In this document: piece after piece, positions 54,563 through 64,000 of the stretch
Layout of the letters: each line of letters starts with the position of its first letter
How positions within the stretch are numbered: position 1 is the first letter of the stretch
Origin: Macrostomum lignano
Lineage: Eukaryota
DNA length: 64,000 bases
NCBI GenBank assembly: GCA_002269645.1
Contig: NIVC01001238.1
Location: 1 to 64,000 of the forward strand
Direction of reading: 5' to 3'
The notes under the pieces: generated by a model
Database searches by the model: none
Told to the model about the DNA's origin: nothing
The model's input: only the letters and a program-made list of their open reading frames with translations
Program-made: the position numbers and the translations under genes

Positions 54563-54756
54563 ACCCTTTGCTATTCAATTATTTGGTGCTCTGCTCCTTG
54601 AACTCCTTCTCCCACAATGGGAAATGGAATCAGGGCCTTCGTGTTTTCTCTTTTATTGACTTGACCAATAAATCTGTAGTGTTACTTTGGTGGTACTTTG
54701 TGAGTAGTTTTATAATAAAATTGTTCACCCTGTGTTTTCGCAACCATTCTTTCAAC

Positions 54757-54883
<127 letters not shown>

Positions 54884-55215
54884 TATGAGGTCGTGAACTG
54901 AGCTAATTTACGTGGGAAAAGATTGCTTTGCAAAAACTTTGGGCAAATGTCATGAAAATGCTTGTAAAACATTGATCACCGCTTCTACTTTGGGAATTAA
55001 AAAGCAGATGACAAACCAGGCCAACAAAGCTAGGAAAATCCTCCCCCTATAATTAATGTAAAGGCCAGGCTCGATCTCGCCAATCAAGTAGGGCTAAAGG
55101 AACTCGTGTCTACTTCATCCATAAAAAATGAGAGCATTGCCTATACTGTACAGTCTTTTTGAATGTTACTTCTGTTTCTCGGGTCCTTCAGTTCAACAAC
55201 ATGCAGTTGCGGCTG

Positions 55216-55736
55216 TCAGTTCGCTGGTCTCCTGCGGCCAGAGGCACCCGCTGGCAGCTTCACCGCCGGTTGCTCCATCGGTCGTCGGGCCGTTGTCAAG
55301 GCATTGGCCAGTTCCGAGCAGCCTTTTGCTTGCGTTTTTGGCTGAGTAACTGCTGGCAGGCCCTGCGTCAGCCGCGACCGCGTGAGCAGAAGCTGGTCCA
55401 GAGCCTCGTCGACGTACTCCGGCCGCACCGTGGCGTCGTCTTCCACGGCACCGGCCTCGGCTGAGTCGGTCTGCGAGGCTGTCGAGCTTGTCCAGCCTGG
55501 CCCGTCGAGAGGCGAATCATAAAATCGCTGCTCACAATCAAGCTGGTTGTCAACTGACCCGGAAGGTCTACAACGACTGTGACGTTCTCGAGGCACCGGC
55601 AAGGTCGGTGGTGGAGGCAGCGGCTCAAAGTCGGGCGTCGATGAAACAACAACTGGCTGCGGCTGCTGCTGAGATCGGCGCCGTCTTGGCGTCGGCACTG
55701 GCGCCGCTGCGTTGAAGTTAATCGGCAGCGCTGGAT
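55216..55736 (-). CDS. Unidentified low-complexity protein, last exon
   Basis: TTTCAG|AT phase 1 in frame with ORF 55216-55698 (DPALPINFNAAAPVPTPRR...). GC-rich and coding-like. No domain recognised. Confidence 0.55.
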
Positions 55737-55894
55737 CTGAAATATTTGCACGTACAGACCAATATGCGTCTCAGAGCAAGGAGGTGCAGTTAATGAGAGC
55801 TAATGAATGCAAATCTGCATGGTACCTGTACGCGTGGCTCAAGAAGGGAATTGAAGAAATCGCGATAGGTTTGGTGCTATACATGACCTCCAAT

Positions 55895-56260
55895 GAAATG
55901 GCGCCCCTTCAAATCAAATGGTGCCCCCTCAGATGAAATGGCGCCCCTCAACCGAAATGGCGCCCTCTCATGTGAAATGGTGCCCTCTCATACGAAATGG
56001 CGCCTCTTCAACTCAAATGGCGCCCCTTCAACTGAAATGGCGCCTCTTCAACTCAAATGGCGCCTCTTCAACTGAAATGGCGCCTCTTCAACTCAAATGG
56101 CGCCCCTTCAACTGAAATGGCGCCTCTTCAACTCAAATGGCGCCCCTTCAACTGAAATGGCGCCTCTTCAACTCAAATGGCGCCCCTCAAAATGGCGCCC
56201 CTCAGCTGAAATGGCGCCCTCAACTGGGATGGCGCCCCTCAGCCGAAATGGCGCTCCCCC
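55895..56260. repeat. 20-bp intronic minisatellite (AAATGGCGCCTCTTCAACTC/G)
   Basis: Direct reading. Confidence 0.88.
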
Positions 56261-56314
56261 TCGAATGTAATGTAACAATAAATTCATTATTCAATCGATC
56301 CCTGAGGGATTTAC

Positions 56315-57188
56315 CCAACTGAGTCACTTGAGCAGCCGGTTGCTCCATCGTTAAAGTACGCCTCGTTCTCGGCTTCGGGACTGGCGGCTTCGGAGTCAGA
56401 AAGAGCTCGCCCGACTCAGCCTCCGCGTCGGTCAGTTCGTCATCTGAGAAGTCAGCCAGCAGTAGCTGGTCGCGCACTGTCTCATGATCTTGAGAAGTCT
56501 CTGGTTGCTCTTCGGAGCTGCGACAGCGGGACTGTGGTGACTGCCAGCCTGACTGATCAGCTGAAGACTTCGAATCGGCCAGACGAGTTTGAGCTTCCGC
56601 GCGAGTCACATCGAAACCATTTTGAAACAGCAAGCTTTCAAGACTGATTGTGGATGCTGGATCTCTGCGGGAAGACCTACTTGTCCATCTCTGCCGTTGG
56701 TGCAGAGGTCAGGTCTGGATTCCGAAGTCCGCTGCCACTGCTGCGGTGGTTCGTTAAGGCATGCTTCATCCTGATTCTGCAGCAGCGTCATCTCGGAACC
56801 TGGTGAATCGAACCCCTCCAGAGCGCACTGGTTGTTGCTCCCCTGACTGATCCAGCCTTGTCCGGCTTGCTGCTGCTGACTGATCCAGCCTTGTCCGGCT
56901 TGCTGCTGCTGACTGATCCAGCCTTGTCCGGCTTGCTGCTCCTTCTGAGACTTCTGAGACCCCCCGAGTCCAGCCGATCCCTTGGCTGACTTCGCTGCAA
57001 CCGACCGCCACTTCAGCTGGGAGCTGCACTTTCCACCGGAGATGGACTCGGCGTTGCCGCTCTGTTTCGAAGACGATGACGTCATCATCAATAAAGTCCT
57101 CGTCCTGGCTGGGCTCTTTGCCTGTTGATGAAGCCGCTCAGCCATGCAGTCGGTGAACTTCCTGGGGCGAGCTAAGAAATGCTGGTGC
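56315..57188 (-). CDS. Unidentified low-complexity protein, internal exon with one apparent frameshift (about 56630-56700)
   Basis: Acceptor CTATAG| at 57189 and donor TTGG|GTAAAT at 56314. ORFs 56606-57241 and 56220-56633 overlap. Contains 3 x 33-bp QQQAGQGWISQ. Confidence 0.45.
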
Positions 57189-57314
57189 CTATAGAAGTAA
57201 TTTGGAATGCATTGCGTGCTCATTAAATGCATTTCTGCCATAGAACTTTAGCCAAGTTTTTTTGCTGTTTATTTGGCCTATAGAATACGCCCGTATTGAT
57301 GTCTTGCACCGGTG

Positions 57315-58065
57315 CCTTCGGCGCCGAAAGGAGTGCGGCGGCGCCGAAAGGAGTGCCTGCGGCGCCAAAAGGAGTGCGGCGGCGCCGAAAGGAGTGCGGC
57401 GGCGCCGAAAGGAGTGCGGCGGCGCCAAAATGAGTGCCTGCGGCTGCAAAATGAGTACCTGCGGCTACAAAATGAGTACCTGCGGAGCCAAAATGAGTGC
57501 CTGTGGCTACAAAATGAGTACCTGCGGAGCCAAAATGAGTACCTGCGGCTACAAAATGAGTGCCTGCGGAGCCAAAATGAGTGCCTGCGGCTACAAAATG
57601 AGTACCTGCGGAGCCAAAATGAGTACCTGTGGCTATAAAATGAGTGTCTGCGGAGCCAAAATGAGTGCCTGCGGCTACAAAATGAGTACCTGCGGAGCCA
57701 AAATGAGTGCCTGCGGCTACAAAATGAGTACCTGCGGAGCCAAAATGAGTACCTGCGGCTACAAAATGAGTACCTGCGGAGCCAAAATGAGTACCTGCGG
57801 CTACAAAATGAGTACCTGCGGAGCCAAAATGAGTGCCTGTGGCTACAAAATGAGTACCTGCGGAGCCAAAATGAGTACCTGCGGCTACAAAATGAGTGCC
57901 TGCGGAGCCAAAATGAGTGCCTGCGGCTATAAAATGAGTGCCTGCGGAGCCAAAATGAGTGCCTGTGGCTATAAAATGAGTGTCTGCGGCTACAAAATGA
58001 GTGCCTGTGGCTATAAAATGAGTGTCTGCGGCTCCAAAATGAGTGCCTGTGGCTGCAAAATGAAT
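57315..58065. repeat. Minisatellite grading from a 20-bp unit to alternating 21-bp units (CGGCTACAAAATGAGTACCTG / CGGAGCCAAAATGAGTGCCTG)
   Basis: Direct reading. Confidence 0.93.
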
Positions 58066-58951
58066 GCTAATTTCACGAATTCTTTAAATAAATTAGAAAT
58101 AAATAGTAAAATCAGTTAAGCTGATTCCGCATCATACTACTCACAGACTCTACAAAAGTAGTCAGTACTAACAATCGACATTTTAATCCTCTATTTTGTT
58201 GACTTCTCCTGATCCTGTATTGGATTTTTTCTGCCAAAGCTGCGCGACTTCTTCAATCCCTTTTCTAGCAGCGAGAGGCCCAGCGAGCCTCGGCGATCGA
58301 TGGCCAAGAGTCATGAAAATCAATCTCCCGGATGCCGGCCTCCCAGACCAAGGCAAATTGATCATCGAATGCCCGCCTGCCCGATCGGCCCCAAATTCCC
58401 CCGAGGCCCCGCCTGGGGCTGCAGCAGGAGAAGCAAAGAGCGGAGCAGAAATCCTGTTTAGAAGAGGAGAAGAGCCTCTGAGTCTCTGAGAGTGAGGGGG
58501 CGGTGCGCGGGCTCGGTGGCTCCCTACTTGGGGGGGGGGGGCCCTAGCACCAGTGGCGCTACAGCCAAAGTACATTAGCCCCCAAAATTTGGGGAACAGG
58601 GTGCCAAACCTGTTGTGAGAGTAGCGGCTCCCTTCTCCTCTGGCTACGGCCCTGTGCTGGGGCGCAGAGATCCCATGGGCGAAGATTTCAGTAATCACTC
58701 TACTTTGATCTCGGGCCGAAAATCTCATATTCTCTTAACAAAAAAAACAAAAGAATGGTTCCCAGGTGCACATAAATCCCCCGTGTGGTTTTTAGATTTA
58801 CCGGTCCATGCTCAGTTCCCTTTGCGCGAGAATTCGTCAAAGAGACTCCGCTTTGGCCCTCTTTGCCGGCTCGGTTTTTCGCGTATAAGTGAAAATTTTC
58901 ACCTACTGAAGCAGATTTTGTGAAAAATTAACTTAAAAAATATCACCTTTC

Positions 58952-60005
58952 TCAAACATAGATGCTCAAACATGGCACTCCGATTCTCAAACATAGATGC
59001 TCAAACATGGCACTCCGATTCTCAAACATGGCACTCCGATTCTCAAACATGGCACTCCGATTCTCAAACATAGATGCTCAAACATGGCACTCCGATTCTC
59101 AAACATGGCACTCCGATTCTCAAACATGGCACTCCGATTCTCAAACATGGCACTCCGATTCTCAAACATAGATGCTCAAACATGGCACTCCGATTCTCAA
59201 ACATGGCACTCCGATTCTCAAATGTGGCACTCCGAAACTCAAACATGGCACTCCGATTCTCAAATGTGGCACTCCAATTCTCAAACATGGCACTCCGATT
59301 CTCAAACATGGCACTCCGATTCTCAAACATAGATGCTCAAACATGGCACTCCGATTCTCAAACATGGCACTCCGATTCTCAAATGTGGCACTCCGAAACT
59401 TAAACATGGCACTCCGATTCTCAAATGTGGCACTCCGATTCTCAAACATGGCACTCCGATTCTCAAACATGGCACTCCGATTCTCAAACATAGATGCTCA
59501 AACATGGCACTCCGATTCTCAAATGTGGCACTCCGAAACTCAAACATGGCACTCCGATTCTCAAATGTGGCACTCCGAAACTCAAATGTGGCACTCCGAT
59601 TCTCAAACATGGCACTCCGATTCTCAAACATGGCACTCCGATTCTCAAATGTGGCACTCCGGTTCTCAAATGTGGCACTCCGATTCTCAAATGTGGCACT
59701 CCGATTCTCAAATGTGGCACTCCGATTCTCAAATGTGGCACTCCGATTCTCAAATGTGGCACTCCAATTCTCAAACATGGCACTCCGATTCTCAAATGTG
59801 GCACTCCGATTCTCAAATGTGGCACTCCGATTCTCAAATGTGGCACTCCGATTCTCAAATGTGGCACTCCGATTCTCAAATGTGGCACTCCGATTCTCAA
59901 ACATGGCACTCCGATTCTCAAATGTGGCACTCCGATTCTCAAATGTGGCACTCCGATTCTCAAACATGGCACTCCGGTTCTCAAATGTGGCACTCCGATT
60001 CTCAA
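58952..60005. repeat. 21-bp minisatellite (CTCAAACATGGCACTCCGATT) with periodic 14-bp variant units
   Basis: Direct reading. Confidence 0.95.
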
Positions 60006-60555
60006 ACACGGCGTCATTTTCAGTTATGATGCTCCAACTCTCCAAATGGATTCTTAAATATGGTATATGAAATATGAAATATGAAATATAAAATGCTGCC
60101 CTGTCACCAGTCCGCCCACTTCAGTCTTGTATTTCTTATCCTAATCACTTTAGCGTAATTTTTATTTGCAATCAGGGCTGCAGTCGTTGGGGGGCCGAGA
60201 GTCGCAATTAATATCTTTCAGCTCGACCGATCTCTCCGATATTGCCCAGGACATGGCTAAGCATCGGGGGGGGTGACTCACGTCGCCCTACTCAAATTCG
60301 ATCGCGATAATCCCAGAGCGCAGAATTTAATAATCCTCGTGTCCTCGGGCGCGAGACGGACCGGCTGTTTGCTCAAATCTTGACTTGCTGCTCTACCGAT
60401 TCGCTCTTTCTCTACTGACACTGCAATCCGATCCAGCGGTTTCCTGTAGTAATCCCCCCTCTGAGCTTTCGGCCTCCTGCAGCATTCATTGCATTTGACT
60501 AATCTGCCTGCCGCTGAATGCAGCGCTGACCTCGCTTGTGTGCCTCATTAGGGAC

Positions 60556-61058
<503 letters not shown>

Positions 61059-62104
61059 TCTAGCATCTGTGGTGGTACAGATGCCACTCCCGAGTCAATG
61101 AAATTTACCATACGGAGCCACTGAACTCGGGCAGGCCAGCTGGGCTCCGCATACCAAGAAGCAACGATTCCAAAGTTTTGTAACAGGCGGATTTCTTGAC
61201 AGACCAACTGCAGCGACAGATCGACAGCTGCATTTTGGTATCTCAGGCCACTCGGTTTATTCTAGTCTGGCAAAAAAATTCAGTTAGCCAGCGCAAGACA
61301 GTGTCTGCAGCCCATTGACTTCAGTTTATTTTGTTTAATTGAATAAAAGTCTCGCGCGGATATTTTTGTGAAGAATTTTTTTCTCGGCAGTCGACAGCAA
61401 GCAAGCAGCTGCGCTCTTCTCTGCTGAAGCAAAGCAGTGCTTCGCTACTTCAAAGGCTCAGATTTTGCTTGCAGCTGCTTCTCGCACAACCTGGTGCGCC
61501 TGCAGAGGAGGCCAGCAAAAACATGATCGAATTTCTCCGTGCGCTTCCGATTGTCGTAAGGTTGGTAAAATTGTAACTCACCGATGGGCTGAAATGTATG
61601 TCTGTCCTGTGTCCTCTGCTAGCCCCAACTGTCTCTTGTGTCCTCTGCTTTAAGCCCAATTAAGTTAATAAAATTTTCGAGCCTCTGGCAGAAGCTGCTT
61701 GGCAAATGATTCAATCTCCAAGCTGAAGCTAATGAGTGCATCAAGTGTCTGTCCATAACCTCGTATCTACGGTCGTTCTTGTAAACATAGGATTTTCAAG
61801 TACCCACCTGCACAAGACGGATGCAGAAGCCACATCGAGTCTTTGTCCTGTCGGGTAAGTCTTTGTTTCTCGTTACAAGCAGTCATTTTTTGTCATTTTT
61901 CTGCCTTCTTTCATTAACCCTTCTCGGCTTGGCAACAGCTGGAACAAGTGGATGCTTAACTTGAAAGCTTTTGAAGCCGCGGGTTGCAGTTCACTCGCAA
62001 CACTGCATCAGTCATGCTGGCAATAAAAATTCAATTCAAGTCCCGGCGCAATGATGACTCATGCGAGTTGAGGTGATTTTTGCTGCTATAGAAAATTTGG
62101 GAAT

Positions 62105-62450
62105 ATTATGAAGCTGTGGGGATTGTGAAGCTGTGGGGATTGTGAAGCTGGGGGAATTGTGAAGCTGTGGGGATTGTGATGCTGTGGGGATTGTGAAGCT
62201 GTGGGGATTGTGAAGCTGGGGGAATTGTGAAGCTGGGGGAATTGTGAAGCTGTGGGGATTGTGAAGCTGTGGGGATTGTGAAGCTGTGGGAATTGTGAAG
62301 CTGTAGGGATTGTGAAGCTGTGGGAATTGTGAAGCTGTGGGAATTGTGAAGCTGTGGGGATTGTGAAGCTGTGGGAATTGTGAAGCTGTGGGAATTGTGA
62401 AGCTGTGGGAATTGTGAAGCTGTGGGAATTGTGAAGCTGTGGGTATTGTG
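62105..62450. repeat. 17-bp minisatellite (TGTGAAGCTGTGGGGAT), about 20 copies
   Basis: Direct reading. Confidence 0.93.
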
Positions 62451-63734
62451 AAACGCCCCAACAAAAGCTATATAGCAATGCGAACAGCCAATTGTGGGCC
62501 CAGCTATTTGCAAAGGCAAAAAGCGGCAATGGGCTCCATCAGTTCAAACACGCCACCTCGCTTCCGCTCACACAGGAGCACACGTGGCGCGGCCAGCAAC
62601 TAGCAGCGTGTCGGCCCCTGCCGCTGCTAAGCGAGTGTTTGAATACCTTGAGAAAATGGCCGCCAAGAGGAATAGCCCGAACAGGTGCGGAACAGCGCGC
62701 AACTTTTCACCAAGCCTCGGAGGAGATGGAGGCGAGTGAGAGAGGCAGGGGGAGAGCGGGCAGGTGCGATTCAGACAAAGACTGCCCCAACTGCTGCAGC
62801 TGGAGATGCTGGACAAAATTTTAGCCGGCCACGTGTTCTAAAACAACGTTTTGGAGGAAAATTCTCCCCTAACACCCTACCTGTCGCTGACACAAATTTG
62901 GCAACAGGTGGAGGCGAGGACGCAGGCGGAGGCCCCCCGGGGTCTCCAGTTTCTCACAGGACCCCGCCAGCCCCAGCCCAGCCAAGCATCAGCAGGAGGA
63001 GAAAGAAAAAAAGCATTTTATGCTTCTCACATTTTCTCACGCGGCGTCTCAGAGGGGGGTCTCCGGGTGGCGGCAGTTGCCGTGGGGCTTTGCCACCCCC
63101 AACTGGCACCATGGGAAAGCCGATGCCTGCCGCCCATGGGAAATTCTCGGCCTCGGGCCCAGTTGCGATGCGGACCCGGGAAGGGGGGTGGGGGTGCGCA
63201 CCTGCGCGGGCTTATCGAGAAACTTTGCTTGAGGCTCTGCTTGGCTTTTGCCTGAGCCAAGGAGACCATTTTGATAGAGCCTGGAGCATAGCAACTCCTC
63301 ATCAGGATTGCTGAGATTTTATGCAGCTTTATAGTGAGACTTTAAGCTTGTTAAATTGAGTTCACTCAAGCTTGAGTTTTGATGGGATTAATCAAATTTC
63401 AAACATAATCTCTTCTGAAGATGCTGCAGTTCTGATGAAGACTTGCTGCTCCAGGCTGCCGTTCTGGGCCTCCTTGAAGGGCCGCTGGTCCGCTGGGAGC
63501 GCAGGTGTCCGCGAGCTCTGTCTGATCTGTTTTCATTGCAGCTGCGAGTCTGAATCTCTTCAATCTTGCTGGGCTTGTTGTGGGGCCCAGGGGAAAACGC
63601 TAAGCAGCTTTACTGAATACCGGATCTGCTTCATCTTCCTCTAATTATCTCTCACCTGCGTGTCAGGGGGTCCCGATTCGTTTCGTCAGTTGAGATGAGC
63701 CAGGGTTCAGATGTACTCTGACTGACAGCGCCTG

Positions 63735-64000
63735 TACTCGGTGGGGGCGGGGGGCAAGTCTCGGGGGGAGGTCTCGGAGAGGGGGCAAGTCTAGGGGGCA
63801 AGTCTCGGGGGGAGGTCTCGGAGAGGGGGCAAGTCTAGGGCGGCAAGTCTCGGGGGGGGCAAGTCTCGGGGGGCAAGTCTCGGGGGGGGCAAGTCTCGGG
63901 GGCAAGTCTCGGGGGCAAGTCTCGGGGGGCAAGTCTCGGGGGGCAAGTCTCGGGGGCAAGTCTCGGGGGGGGGGCAAGTCTCGGGGGGCAAGTCTCGGGG
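63735..64000. repeat. G-rich minisatellite of about 14-16 bp (GGGGGCAAGTCTCGG), runs off the window
   Basis: Direct reading. Confidence 0.9.

Noticed and set aside
57262-60070. Repetitive ORFs KMSTCG, KHGTPIL, ENRSATF
   Set aside because: Minisatellite artefacts open in multiple frames.

Overview
Eukaryotic (metazoan) genomic DNA with GC-rich exons, short AT-rich spacers and many micro/minisatellites. The style resembles the flatworm Macrostomum, which is an inference only. Spliced genes that can be reconstructed from GT-AG boundaries with matching phases: a Scratch-type Snail-family zinc-finger gene (+), DYRK1/minibrain kinase (-), a GGA clathrin adaptor (-), a fibrinogen-related (FReD) gene with frameshifts (-), phosphatidylserine decarboxylase PISD (-), and an unidentified low-complexity gene (-). 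Mobile elements: the 3' end of a Ty3/Gypsy element, a CACTA-like non-autonomous element, a decayed LINE, and an internally deleted Helitron encoding STPR-like repeats, an OTU protease and a Rep N-terminus. Most striking: (1) an inverted duplication flanking PISD whose two arms share a promoter and signal peptide but read the same 21-bp repeat in different frames (PLEQGRR/TTQEQWR versus RWNKGGD), with silent variation favouring each copy's own frame; (2) intronic minisatellites that multiply real splice-site sequences (DYRK1 donor about 25 times, PISD acceptor-like AG about 27 times); (3) an AGGTCA direct-repeat array upstream of both duplicated genes. Most long repetitive ORFs in the ORF track are minisatellite artefacts. 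No CRISPR, rRNA or tRNA was recognised.
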